From assembly GCA_964591015.1 (NCBI GenBank), contig CAZPXM010000006.1:1-63304 (forward strand): a stretch of 63,304 nt of DNA, read 5' to 3'. This document shows positions 17,543-27,496 of the stretch, piece after piece. The position numbers and the translations under genes are program-made. Numbering within the stretch: position 1 is the first letter of the stretch; every line of letters starts with the position of its first letter. The notes below the pieces were generated by a model. It did no database searches. It was not told the origin of the DNA and saw only the letters and a list, made by a program, of their open reading frames with translations. The stretch comes from an uncultured Gemmatimonadaceae bacterium (lineage in GTDB: Bacteria > Latescibacterota > UBA2968 > UBA8231).

Positions 17543-20440
17543 ATGCAGTTGCGGAACGAGCTGGACGGAGCCCAGGCGCACGCCGCGTGGATGGGGGAGC
17601 GGATCCAGACCGAGGTGGAGTTCGCCGAGGAGCTATGCCGGCTGCATCCGGAGCAGTCGGCCGAGTGGCGGCCGCGGGTGGCGCAGGCGCAGGCGGCGGC
17701 GCAGGGGGCGCTGGCGGGCGGTGAGTTGGGGAAGCTGGCGGACGCGACGGCGCAGGTGGAGGATCTGCTCGCGCCGCTGGCGGCCACCGCCAAGCAGTAC
17801 ACCGTGCACTGCGTCGGCCATGCGCACATCGACATGAACTGGATGTGGTCGTGGCCCGAGACGGTCAGCGTCACGGTGGACACGTTCGGCACCGTGCTGC
17901 GGCTGATGGAGGAGTTTCCGGCTTTCTGCTTTTCGCAGAGCCAGGCGAGCACCTACCGGATCATCCAGGAGTACCGGCCCGACCTGCTCGAACAGATCGC
18001 CGCGCAGGTGCGGGCGGGTCGCTGGGAGGTCACGGCCAGCCACTGGGTCGAGGGTGACAAGAATCTGGCCAGCAGCGAGAGCCTGTGCCGGCACCTGCTC
18101 TATACCCGGCAGTTCGTGCAGGAGCTGTTCGGACTGAAGCCTGAGGACGTGCGCATCGACTGGGCACCGGACACCTTCGGGCATGCGGCCACGGTGCCGA
18201 CCTACCTCGTGCAGGGAGGTGTGCGCTACGTGTACATGCACCGGCCCGGCGGCGAGGGGATGCGGCGGCCGTGGCTGTTCTGGTGGCAGGGTCCCGACGG
18301 CGCGCGCGTGCTGGTGCGCAACGACTCGAACGCGGCCCAGGGCTACAACGGCCAGATCGGCGGCGCGACGGTCCTGCGCGACTGGCGGCTGTTCACCCGC
18401 GAGACGGGGCTGCGGGATCACCTGTTCGTGTACGGCGTGGGCGACCACGGGGGTGGACCCACGCGGTGCGATCTGAACCGGATCATCGAGATGGACCGGT
18501 GGCCCATCTTCCCGGCCATGCGCTTCGCGCGCGCGCAGGACTACATGGACCGGGCAGCGGCAGCCGGCGACAAGCTGCCGGTGCTGGCGCGCGAGCTGAA
18601 CTTCGAGTTCGCCGGCTGCTACACGACCCAGACGCTGATCAAGCGCGCGAATCGGTTCGGCGAGAACCGCCTGACGGATGCCGAGGCGGCGGCCGCGCTG
18701 GCGGCAGCGACCATTGGCAGTCCGTATCCGCGGGCCGCCCTCCTGCAGGGGTGGCGCGACACGCTGTTCAGCCACTTCCACGACATACTGCCGGGCTCGG
18801 GAGTGCGCGACACGCGCACCTACGCGCACGGCCTGTTCCAGAAGACCATGGCGACGACCGGGCAGATCGAGGCGCAGGCGCTGCGGGCGCTGGCCGCCCA
18901 GGTGCACACGGCGTCGCCGGTGGCCTGCGCGGGCGCCGCCAGGCCCGCGGCGCTCCAGGTCGACGCCACGGGCGCCGGGGTGGGTTTCGGCAGTGCCGAG
19001 GGGGCGCTGACCGCAGCCGACCAGAGCGGCGGCGGGGCTCGGCCGTTCCTGGTGTTCAACCCGACCGCGGCCGACCGGACCGAGATCGTCAAGGTCACGG
19101 TCTGGGCGACGCGCCTGCACGGGCGGCCCCTGCGCGAGCGGGCGTTCGCCGTGCACACGGCGGACGGCAAGTGCGCCCCGGCGCAGACGATCGGCGGGGG
19201 CCACTACTGGGGGCACGAGTACGTCGAGCTCGCCTTCCCCGTGCGCGTGCCAGGGCTGGGGTACGCGGTGTACACGGTGGTCGAGCAGGAGCCGAACGGC
19301 TTGCCGCTGGCAGCGCGCGCCTGGCAGCTCGGCCGCGAGCACCACTGCCCCTATTCGCGGCGCGAGCGGAGTCCCGAAGGGCTCGAGAACGACCTGGTGC
19401 GGCTGGAGCTGGACCCGGTCAGCGGCGGCATCCTGTCGCTGGTGGACAAGCAGTCCGGGAGCGAGCTGGTCGACGCCGCGGCCGGCAGCTGGCCGCTGGA
19501 GCTGGTGGTCGAGCGCCCGCACGGGATGACGGCCTGGCTGATCGACCATGCCGACGGCGCCGCGGAACACCCGCGCGTGCGCGGCCTGCGGCGCAGCGCT
19601 CGGGGGCCCTACGTCGCGGCGATCGAGGCCGATCTCAGCATCGGCGAGTCCGAGTTCACGCTCACCTACGCCGTGCACGCGGGCGATCCGCGCGTGCACG
19701 TGGCGCTGCGCGGGACCTGGTTCCAGCGCGGGACGCCGCAGACTGGCGTGCCGGCGCTGAGCTGGCGCCTGCCGCTGGCTCTGGCCGGGGCGAGCGGGCG
19801 CTACGAGATCCCGTTCGGGGCGATCGACCGGGAGCAGCGCCGCCACGAAGAAGTGCCGGCGCTGCGCTGGGCGCAGGTGCACGGCACGGCGGCGGGGCGT
19901 CCGGCGGGCTGCCTGGTGGCCAACGACTGCAAGTACGGGCACTCGCTCGACGGGAGCGTGCTGCGCGTGACGCTGATCCGCAGCAGCTACGACCCGGACA
20001 TCCTGCCGGAGATCGGCCAGCACGAGGCGAGGTTCACGGTGCGGGCCTATGCGGGCGAGCTGGCAGTGGAGCGAGCGATCGCCGACGGGCAGGCTCTGAA
20101 TCACCCCTTGCGCGTGGTGGGGACCGGCGTGCACGAGGGGCGCCTGCCGCAGGTGGGGCAGTTCGTGCGGCTGGCTGCCGGGCGCGTGGTGCTCGATGCG
20201 CTGAAGTGGGCCGAGGCGGGCCAGGCGCTGATCGTGCGGCTCCACAACCCGTCGCCCGAGGGCGCGCGCGCCTGTCTCGAACTGGAGCCTTCGCTGCTGG
20301 GGGAGGTGCGCGACGCCGCGGTGACCGACCTGCTCGAGAGGCCCGCAGCAGGCGAGGAGGTGCGCCGCGCCGGCAATCGGGTGGAGACGCTGGTGCCGGC
20401 CCGCGGCATCCGGACGCTCCGGCTGGATCTCGGGGCGTGA
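17543..20440 (+). CDS. Glycoside hydrolase family 38 (alpha-mannosidase-like)
   Basis: AAGGAG RBS; GHAHIDMNWMW zinc motif, WAPDTFGH nucleophile, YGVGDHGGGPT, HFHDILPGS, YEIPFG, NDCKYG. Confidence 0.93.
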   Translation: MQLRNELDGAQAHAAWMGERIQTEVEFAEELCRLHPEQSAEWRPRVAQAQAAAQGALAGGELGKLADATAQVEDLLAPLAATAKQYTVHCVGHAHIDMNWMWSWPETVSVTVDTFGTVLRLMEEFPAFCFSQSQASTYRIIQEYRPDLLEQIAAQVRAGRWEVTASHWVEGDKNLASSESLCRHLLYTRQFVQELFGLKPEDVRIDWAPDTFGHAATVPTYLVQGGVRYVYMHRPGGEGMRRPWLFWWQGPDGARVLVRNDSNAAQGYNGQIGGATVLRDWRLFTRETGLRDHLFVYGVGDHGGGPTRCDLNRIIEMDRWPIFPAMRFARAQDYMDRAAAAGDKLPVLARELNFEFAGCYTTQTLIKRANRFGENRLTDAEAAAALAAATIGSPYPRAALLQGWRDTLFSHFHDILPGSGVRDTRTYAHGLFQKTMATTGQIEAQALRALAAQVHTASPVACAGAARPAALQVDATGAGVGFGSAEGALTAADQSGGGARPFLVFNPTAADRTEIVKVTVWATRLHGRPLRERAFAVHTADGKCAPAQTIGGGHYWGHEYVELAFPVRVPGLGYAVYTVVEQEPNGLPLAARAWQLGREHHCPYSRRERSPEGLENDLVRLELDPVSGGILSLVDKQSGSELVDAAAGSWPLELVVERPHGMTAWLIDHADGAAEHPRVRGLRRSARGPYVAAIEADLSIGESEFTLTYAVHAGDPRVHVALRGTWFQRGTPQTGVPALSWRLPLALAGASGRYEIPFGAIDREQRRHEEVPALRWAQVHGTAAGRPAGCLVANDCKYGHSLDGSVLRVTLIRSSYDPDILPEIGQHEARFTVRAYAGELAVERAIADGQALNHPLRVVGTGVHEGRLPQVGQFVRLAAGRVVLDALKWAEAGQALIVRLHNPSPEGARACLELEPSLLGEVRDAAVTDLLERPAAGEEVRRAGNRVETLVPARGIRTLRLDLGA

Positions 20441-20490
20441 GCGGCCGCGAGCGGCCAGGACTGGCGAGCGGCGCAGCAGAAGGAGGTGGG

Positions 20491-21120
20491 GTGAGATACC
20501 ACATCGTGCCGGTGACGCCGCTGGTCCAGAACTGCTCCGTGGTGTGGTGCACCGAGACAGGCGTCGGGGCGGTGATCGACCCGGGCGGCGATGCCGCGCG
20601 GATCATGGCTGCCGCGGGGGAGGTGGGCGTGACGGTGACGCACGTCCTGCTGACCCACGGGCACATCGACCATGTGGGGGCGGCGGGAGCCGTGTCTGCG
20701 GCCACTGGCGCCGAGATCTGGGGGCCGGAGCGCGGCGACCGGTTCCTGATGGAGCTGCTGCCTCAGCAGGCCGAGCTGTTCGGCCTGGAGCTGGCGGTGC
20801 CGTTCGCGCCGCACCGCTGGCTGTCCGCGGGCGACAGCGTGCGGTTCGGCTCGGTGGAGCTGGCCGTGCTGCACTGCCCGGGACACACGCCTGGACACGT
20901 GGCCTATCACTGCGCCGCGGCGGCGACGGTGTTCACGGGCGACGTGCTCTTCCGCGGATCGATCGGCCGGACGGACTTGCCGGGGGGCGATCACGCCGCC
21001 CTGCTGAACTCCATCCGGCGGCAGCTATGGCCGCTCGGCGACGACACGGTCTTCGTTCCGGGGCATGGACCGGCAGGACGGCTGGGTGAGGAGCGCCGCG
21101 CCAATCCCTTCCTCGGATGA
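20491..21120 (+). CDS. MBL-fold metallo-hydrolase (YcbL/glyoxalase II-like)
   Basis: AGGAGG RBS and GTG start; THGHIDH, PGHTPGH, GDVLFRGSIGRTD, PGHG. Confidence 0.93.
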   Translation: MRYHIVPVTPLVQNCSVVWCTETGVGAVIDPGGDAARIMAAAGEVGVTVTHVLLTHGHIDHVGAAGAVSAATGAEIWGPERGDRFLMELLPQQAELFGLELAVPFAPHRWLSAGDSVRFGSVELAVLHCPGHTPGHVAYHCAAAATVFTGDVLFRGSIGRTDLPGGDHAALLNSIRRQLWPLGDDTVFVPGHGPAGRLGEERRANPFLG

Positions 21121-21171
21121 ACGCCGGGGCCCCGCGCATGGGCGCGCGCTCCCGAGGGGGCGGCGGCGGTC

Positions 21172-21258
21172 CTAGTGGTTCAGCAGCCCCACGCCGATCT
21201 GCAGGAAGACCCAGGCGAGAGACAGGGCGCCGACCAACATGCCCACGCTCTTGGCCAT
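21172..21258 (-). CDS. Candidate 28-aa single-TM microprotein (MAKSVGMLVGALSLAWVFLQIGVGLLNH)
   Basis: Below the ORF-track cutoff; GAGGT upstream of the ATG; GC3-biased codons; one hydrophobic helix. Confidence 0.45.
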   Translation of the reverse strand: MAKSVGMLVGALSLAWVFLQIGVGLLNH

Positions 21259-21449
21259 GGCAGACTGGTACCTCGCGCGGCAAAGGGGAGTCATCCAGAA
21301 CATCGGCGGGATGGTGACCCGCTGCCGTGCGCTGGATCACGCGGCGCGCCGCGGTGCTCATCCGCGCGCTTCGCGGCGAGGAACTCCCTCCGGGGAGATC
21401 TGGACGGGTGTTCCTCTCGCTCGCACATGGCCGGGTGGGGCCGCCCGGC

Positions 21450-21701
21450 CTAGACTATCTCCTCGGACACCCGCAGGCTCACCCGGCGCAGGTAGTCGCG
21501 CAGCGCCTGCCCGTCTCGCGGCAGGTCCAGAACGTCCGAGAAGGGCCACATGTCACCCTCGAGGAACTCGGCGGTGGTCTCATGGTCCTGCTCGTTGAGG
21601 GGCGCCTCCAGGTCCTTGATGGCTTGCAGGATCACGGCGGCCGCCAGACGCCGGTGGCCGTCGAACTGGGCCCGGTAAGCGGGCTTGCGATCTTTTCGCA
21701 T
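21450..21701 (-). CDS. Small hypothetical helical protein (83 aa)
   Basis: GAGAG purine-rich RBS; coding-type codon bias; RRLAAAVILQAIKDL amphipathic motif. Confidence 0.75.
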   Translation of the reverse strand: MRKDRKPAYRAQFDGHRRLAAAVILQAIKDLEAPLNEQDHETTAEFLEGDMWPFSDVLDLPRDGQALRDYLRRVSLRVSEEIV

Positions 21702-21852
21702 TATCTCTCGCCACGGTGCTGCGGGATCTGCCCAGCGACTACCGCCTAGACGCTCGAAGCGCTGGTGGCGATCCCGCGGTCTTTCGATCCTGTCGGTCCT
21801 GCCGTCTCCTCCGGCCCGCCGCGCGCCCCGCCGCGCGCCGGCGCCGTGCCGC

Positions 21853-23106
21853 CTACAGGAACACGCCCACGACGCAACCGGTCATCATCGTTGCCAGGCT
21901 GCCGCCGACGATGGAGCGAAGGCCCAGGCGCGCCAGGTCCGGACGGCGTTCGGGCGCCAGGCTGCCGATGCCGCCCACCATGATGGCGACCGAGCCCACG
22001 TTGGCGAAGCCGCACAGGGCATACGTGGCGACGATGAAGCCGCGCGTGCTCAGCGGCGCCTGGGCCTGCATCCGCCGCACCAGGTCCGCGTAGGCAACGA
22101 ACTCGTTCAGCACGGTCTTCAGCCCCATCAACTCCCCAATGGTCGCTGCCTCCCTCCAGCTCACGCCCATCAGCCAGGCCAGCGGCTGGAACAGCAGACC
22201 CACCAGCGACTGGATATCCCAGGAACTGCCAGGCAGCAGCCATCGGCCCAGCATGCCCACGGCCTCGTTCGCCAGCGTGACCAGGCCGATGAACGCCACG
22301 AGCATGGCGACGATGTTGATGACGAGCTGCATGCCTTCGGCAGCGCCCTGGGCCGCCGCATCGAGCGCGTTGCGGCTCTCGTCGCGGGGGATCACCACGC
22401 CCCGTTCGGCGGTCTCCGGGCGTCCTGTCTCCGGGACCATGACCTTGGCCACGGCCACTGCCGCCGGCGCGCTGATGATCGACGCCAGCAGCAGATGCCC
22501 GGCGATGTCCGGCACGATCGGCGCGAGCATGACCGCGTACACGACCATCACCGTACCCGCGATGGTGGCCATGCCGCCCGCCATCACGCAGAACAGCTCG
22601 CTCTCGGTCAGACGCCGCACGTAGGGCCGGATCAGCAGCGGCGCCTCGGTCATGCCCAGCAGGATGTTAGCGGCCACCGCGACGCTCTCCGCCGAGCTGA
22701 TGCCCATCGTCACCTGCATGAAGCGACCGAGCTGCGCGACGATCCAGGGCAGGACCCGGTAGTAGTACAGGATCCGGGACAGCGCGGCCACGAAGATGAG
22801 GATGCCGGCCATCTCGAGCGCGAACGTCGCGCCGTAGTCCTGCACGAAGCGGTCGCTGCTGATGCCGCTGAAGAGCAACGACCGGTTCGCGCTCAGCGAG
22901 GTCGTGCGCAGGAGCTGGACGCCTGCCGAGGTCAGCGCAAACAGGGGCTCGCGCACGGATGGCCGCAGCAGCAGACCGGTCAATCCGAACTGCAGAGCCG
23001 TGGCGACGGCCACAGTCTTCCAGGGGAAGCGTCGGTGACGCTGGCCGCACAGCCATGCGCACGCAAGCAGACCCACGTACCCGATGGCGCTGTGGATGAA
23101 CAGCAT
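21853..23106 (-). CDS. NupC/CNT-family concentrative nucleoside transporter
   Basis: GMTEAPLLIRPY, SELF.VM.GGMATIAG, GLKTVLNEFVAY and YALCGFANVGS motifs. Confidence 0.95.
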   Translation of the reverse strand: MLFIHSAIGYVGLLACAWLCGQRHRRFPWKTVAVATALQFGLTGLLLRPSVREPLFALTSAGVQLLRTTSLSANRSLLFSGISSDRFVQDYGATFALEMAGILIFVAALSRILYYYRVLPWIVAQLGRFMQVTMGISSAESVAVAANILLGMTEAPLLIRPYVRRLTESELFCVMAGGMATIAGTVMVVYAVMLAPIVPDIAGHLLLASIISAPAAVAVAKVMVPETGRPETAERGVVIPRDESRNALDAAAQGAAEGMQLVINIVAMLVAFIGLVTLANEAVGMLGRWLLPGSSWDIQSLVGLLFQPLAWLMGVSWREAATIGELMGLKTVLNEFVAYADLVRRMQAQAPLSTRGFIVATYALCGFANVGSVAIMVGGIGSLAPERRPDLARLGLRSIVGGSLATMMTGCVVGVFL

Positions 23107-23205
23107 CAGGCGGTCTGGAACTAGGTCACGGCAACCCGCTCGGGGCAACGAAGATCGACGCTGGAGGGCACTTTGTCAACTGGGAGACGTGCGCTCGCCT
23201 GACCG

Positions 23206-23958
23206 CTATCTTGTTGCTGCGTATGCGGATGGTGCGCCGCGGTCGCGCGGTTCCCAGCCCACCAACTCCCTGGCGTTGCTCAGGTCCCACTTGCGCTCGC
23301 CGCCGAGCGAGGCGGCGTAGAAGATCCCGAACTGGGGCCGCGGGGCCTCCAGGCAGCAGGCGGCCAGCTCAGCCATGTCGCGGGCGCTGAGCCAGCGATT
23401 CATGCCGGGGTCGTACGGGTGGTTGGGCGCGTCGGTGTTGGGGAAGTTGGCGATGCGCAGGCAGTAGACCGACAGGCCGAAGGCATCGTGATAGTAGCGT
23501 CCCAGCGCCTCGCCGAAGGCCTTGCTGACGCCGTAGAAGCTGTCGGGGCGAACGGGCAGCTCCGGGCGCGATACCTGGCCCTCCTTCTCGTAGAAGCCCG
23601 TGACGTGGTTGGTGCTGGCGAAGATGACGATCGGCACCCGGTTGATGCGCGCCGACTCGAAGACGTTGTAGGTGCCGCGGATGTTGGTGTCCATGATGAG
23701 CTGGGCATAGCGGGCCCGCGGGAAACCGCGCCTCCCCGTCGCGATGCCCAGGTGGACGATCGCGTCCACGCCGGCGCCGGCCTCCACCATGGACTCGAAA
23801 TCGGCCAGGTCGGCGAGCACCACCTCATCCTCGGGCGGAACCTCGGGCACGTTGCTGTGGAAGAGCAGGCGGAACGCGTACCGGCCGCGCAGATGGCGGC
23901 GGAGGGCCGAGCCCACCAGACCGGCGGCCCCGGTGATCAGGAGCTTCTGCCGTGACAT
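23206..23958 (-). CDS. NAD-dependent epimerase/dehydratase family (uronate dehydrogenase-like)
   Basis: ITGAAGLVG, FASTNH and RPDSFYGVSKAFGE (YxxxK), CLRI. Confidence 0.85.
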   Translation of the reverse strand: MSRQKLLITGAAGLVGSALRRHLRGRYAFRLLFHSNVPEVPPEDEVVLADLADFESMVEAGAGVDAIVHLGIATGRRGFPRARYAQLIMDTNIRGTYNVFESARINRVPIVIFASTNHVTGFYEKEGQVSRPELPVRPDSFYGVSKAFGEALGRYYHDAFGLSVYCLRIANFPNTDAPNHPYDPGMNRWLSARDMAELAACCLEAPRPQFGIFYAASLGGERKWDLSNARELVGWEPRDRGAPSAYAATR

Positions 23959-24159
23959 CCATGGCTCCGGTAGAACGGTTGGCGCTGCCTGGGACGCGCG
24001 GCCGCGGCAACTCGCGGGGCGCAGCAGCACGTGGGGCGCGGTAATGTCACCGGACGCCGCGCGTTCTGTCAAGGTGGCCGCCTGCCGGCAGCGGTCTGGT
24101 CGCCAGAGCGCGGTGCCAGGCGGGTGCGTGGTGGCCACGGAGGCTGCCGCAGGCCACGC

Positions 24160-25200
24160 CTACTGCCTGGTCGGCAGGTCCCGGCGCGCGAGCGCCCAGG
24201 TGCCCGCTGCCATGGCTGCCACGGGCAGCAGGGACGGCCAGCCGCGCAGCCAGAGGAGCGCGAGCGCGGGGACCGCGGTCAGCGCGGCCACGGCACAGAT
24301 GACGAGCACGGCCCGGGCACGGCTCATCCCGTGGTCGACCAGGCGGTGGCTGATGTGGCTGTTGTCGCCCACCCAGAATGCGGTGCCGCGCCGCCAGCGG
24401 ATCAGCGTGACCGTCACGAGGTCGTAGGCGGGCACGGCGAACAGCAGCAGCGGTCCCAGCCAGCCCAGATCGCCGCGGCAGCTCCAGGCCAGCTCCTGGC
24501 TCAGACCGGCAGCCTGGGCGCTCAGCACGAAGCCGAGGAGCAGTCCGCCCGCGTCGCCCATGAACACCGATGCAGGCGGCAGGTTGTAGACCAGGAAGCC
24601 CAGCAGAGCGCCGGCCAGCGACCAGCTCAGCACGGCCTGGCTGGAGTTCCCGCTCCAGCAGGCCATGGTCCCGAGCGCGACAGAGAGAACCAGTGCGAGG
24701 CCGGCGGCCAGCGCATCCATGTTGTCGAGGAAATTGAAGGCGTTCGTGAAGGCCAGGATCCACAGCACCGTTACCGGCGCTGCCACCGGCGCCGGACCGA
24801 CCGGGATCCACAACCGGTCGAACGCGACCACCAGCAAAGAGGCGACAGCGATCTGGAAGGCCAGCCGGGGCAGGGGCCGCAACGGGTGGCAGTCGTCGAG
24901 CAGACCGAGCAGCATGATGGCTGTGGCCCCGAGCGCCAGCCAGGCGCCCGGGGTCGAGGCCTCGCCCGTGTCGCCGGTCGCCAGTTCGGCAGCGGCACAG
25001 GCCACGAGCGTACCCAGCCAGATGGCGATCCCGCCCCCGTACGGGGTGGGCCGGAGATGGGACTTGTGAGCAGCCGCTCCGGGCCGGTCGAGCGCGCCGT
25101 AGCGCCGGGCCAGCGACCGGACCACAGGCACCAGGGCGGCGCACGCCACCAGCCCGCTGGTGAAACCGAGCAGCGACTGGACGAGGGGCACTGCGGCCAT
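24160..25200 (-). CDS. MraY/WecA-family polyprenyl-phosphate sugar-1-phosphate transferase
   Basis: HKSH..PTPYGGG, GLLDD, NAFNFLDNMD, YNLPPASVFMGDAG, DNSHISHRL; many TM segments. Confidence 0.92.
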   Translation of the reverse strand: MAAVPLVQSLLGFTSGLVACAALVPVVRSLARRYGALDRPGAAAHKSHLRPTPYGGGIAIWLGTLVACAAAELATGDTGEASTPGAWLALGATAIMLLGLLDDCHPLRPLPRLAFQIAVASLLVVAFDRLWIPVGPAPVAAPVTVLWILAFTNAFNFLDNMDALAAGLALVLSVALGTMACWSGNSSQAVLSWSLAGALLGFLVYNLPPASVFMGDAGGLLLGFVLSAQAAGLSQELAWSCRGDLGWLGPLLLFAVPAYDLVTVTLIRWRRGTAFWVGDNSHISHRLVDHGMSRARAVLVICAVAALTAVPALALLWLRGWPSLLPVAAMAAGTWALARRDLPTRQ

Positions 25201-25394
25201 GGCAGCGGCGTGGCTCCAGCTGGCGGCAACGCGGCGGAAGAGAATTCGGACGTGCCGGATGGTTGGCAGCTCGCCCGTTGGCTAACTTAGCGGCCGCCCA
25301 ATATACCGGCCGCGTCGAGCCCCGGCCAATGCGGGTTGCCGGCGCCCGGGAGACTACCGCCATCGCCGCAGTCGGCGGCAACACAGGAGAGGGA

Positions 25395-26633
25395 ATGTTC
25401 ATGCTGGCTATCGACGGGGGGCCGAAGGTCCGGACTGCACCGTTCCCCAAGCGACACCTGTTCGGCGCGGCGGAGCGCGCCGCAGCGCTGGCCCTGTTCG
25501 ATCGGGCCGCGGAGACCGGCGACGCCTTCGGGTACAACGGCCCGGAGGAGCAGGCGTACGAGCGGGAGTTCGCCGCGCTGATGGGGGGCGGGTACGCCGA
25601 CCTGGTCAACTCGGGCACCTCGGCGCTGTACGTCGCGCTCGGGGCGCTGCGGCTGCAGCCGGCCGGCGAGGTGGTGGTGCCGCCGATCACGGACCCGGGC
25701 GGCGTCATGCCCGTCGCCCTGCTCAACCTCGTGCCGGTGGTCGCGGACGCCTCGCCTGGCACCTTCAACGCGGGCCCGGAGCAGATCGAGGCGGTGCTCA
25801 GCCCCTGGACGCGGGCCATCGTCGTGGCGCACATCGCTGGCGAGCCGGCGGACATGGACCCCATCCTGGAGCTGGCGCGCGCGCGCGGCGTGCCGGTGAT
25901 CGAGGACTGCGCTCAGGCGCACGGCGCCCGGTACAAGGGGCGTCCGGTGGGGACGTTCGGCGCGCTGGCGGCCGTCTCGACGATGAGCGGCAAGCACCAT
26001 GCGACGGGGGCTCAGGGAGGCGTCGTGTTCACCCGAGACGAGGCCCTGTACTGGGAGGCCAAGCGGTTCGCGGACCGGGGCAAGCCGTTCAACCTGGAGC
26101 CGGGGACCAACGTGCGCGCGGGGCTGAACCTGAACAGCAACGAGCTGGCGGCCGCCATCGGGCGCGTGCAGCTGGGCAAGCTGTCGTCGATCGTCGCGCG
26201 CCGCCGCGCGGTGGCGGCGCGCATCAAGGCCGGCATCGCCGACCTGACCGGCGTGGCCCCGGGGCGCGAGCTGCCCGACACGGAGTCCAGCTACTGGTTC
26301 ATGCGCTTCCGGGTGGTCGCGGAGCGCCTGCGCGTCGACAAGGTGCGTTTCGCCGAGGCGCTGGCGGCCGAGGGCATTCCGGTGGGCGTTTCCTACCGGC
26401 ACATTCCCTCGGAGGCGGCCTGGTTCCGCCAGCGGCTGGTGTTCCCGGGCAGCGACTACCCGTGGGGGTTGCCCGAGTATCGCGGCAACCGCGCGGCGAC
26501 CTTCCCGTGCCCGAACGCCGTCGCCGCTGCCGAGGAGCATTTCACGCTGTCGATCCACGAGAACTACGCGCCAGGCGACGCGGACGACATCGTCGCCGCG
26601 CTGCGCAAGGTGGAAGGCGCCTACCGGCGGTGA
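25395..26633 (+). CDS. DegT/DnrJ/EryC1/StrS-family PLP aminotransferase
   Basis: NSGTSAL, VIEDCAQAHGA, S..SGKHHATGAQGG (PLP lysine); AGGAGAGG RBS. Confidence 0.93.
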   Translation: MFMLAIDGGPKVRTAPFPKRHLFGAAERAAALALFDRAAETGDAFGYNGPEEQAYEREFAALMGGGYADLVNSGTSALYVALGALRLQPAGEVVVPPITDPGGVMPVALLNLVPVVADASPGTFNAGPEQIEAVLSPWTRAIVVAHIAGEPADMDPILELARARGVPVIEDCAQAHGARYKGRPVGTFGALAAVSTMSGKHHATGAQGGVVFTRDEALYWEAKRFADRGKPFNLEPGTNVRAGLNLNSNELAAAIGRVQLGKLSSIVARRRAVAARIKAGIADLTGVAPGRELPDTESSYWFMRFRVVAERLRVDKVRFAEALAAEGIPVGVSYRHIPSEAAWFRQRLVFPGSDYPWGLPEYRGNRAATFPCPNAVAAAEEHFTLSIHENYAPGDADDIVAALRKVEGAYRR

Positions 26634-26747
26634 CGGGGAAGAAGAGCGCTGCACGGGGCGGCGGCTCCAGCGGCGGGGGCCTGTCGCCCCGGCCACCGTC
26701 AGCAGCCGCACGCCGCCCGGGCGCGCGCCGCCCGGGCGGCGCGCTGA

Positions 26748-27419
26748 TCAGGCGAAGTGAAGGGGCTGGAAGAAAGCGGGCTGATGGAAATTGGGCCGCG
26801 GACCGCCCACCGGCGCCCACGTGCCCCAGTGCGGGTGCGAGGTGGCGTCGCCGCACTTGTAGAAGTTCCCTCGCCAGACCGTGCCGGGACGCGGCGGCTC
26901 CACGGCGAAGTACTGGCGAAAGAGCGCGAACGGCAGGTGATACTCCACGGTCCAGACCGTGGGCTCGGTGATCTCCGGCTCGACGATGCTGGGCAGCGAG
27001 TGCGCCATGCGGATCCGTTCCCCGTCCTGCGCCGCCATGTCGTAGGTCTGCTTGCCGGCCGCCCGCTCCGCCGTCGAGGCACACCGGTGAACCAGCATCG
27101 TGCCGCCGCAGTTCACCTCGAAGTTGAAGTAGGCGTCGGAGTCGGGGACCGGAGCGACGAAGAACTCGACGCAGGAATCCTGGCAGACGCTGTCCTGGAA
27201 GCGCCGGGCCACGGCGCGCACATAGCGGTCTTCCACCCGGAAGATCACCGCCAGAGCCTCGGAATCGTACAGGAGGCGGGCGCTGGTGGGCGGATGGTGA
27301 CCGGAGTCCTCCCAGGGATAAGCGCTCACGTGGAGGGTATCGGCAGTAGCCCAGCGAGGGCTGTCCCAGTTCGCGTCGGGAGCATCGAGTGCCGGCACCG
27401 AGCGGATGACGTACCGCAT
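26748..27419 (-). CDS. Stand-alone carbohydrate-binding family 9-like protein
   Basis: VCQDSCVEFF, YFNFEVNCGG, WRGNFYKCGD..HPHW..W and PNFHQP.FF motifs; GAGGAG RBS. Confidence 0.8.
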   Translation of the reverse strand: MRYVIRSVPALDAPDANWDSPRWATADTLHVSAYPWEDSGHHPPTSARLLYDSEALAVIFRVEDRYVRAVARRFQDSVCQDSCVEFFVAPVPDSDAYFNFEVNCGGTMLVHRCASTAERAAGKQTYDMAAQDGERIRMAHSLPSIVEPEITEPTVWTVEYHLPFALFRQYFAVEPPRPGTVWRGNFYKCGDATSHPHWGTWAPVGGPRPNFHQPAFFQPLHFA

Positions 27420-27496
27420 GGCATCGCTCCTCGTGGGGTGAGAGCCGCGGCGAACCGCCAGCGGTCCGCCCCCAAGGTACGGCGGAGAACAAGCGC

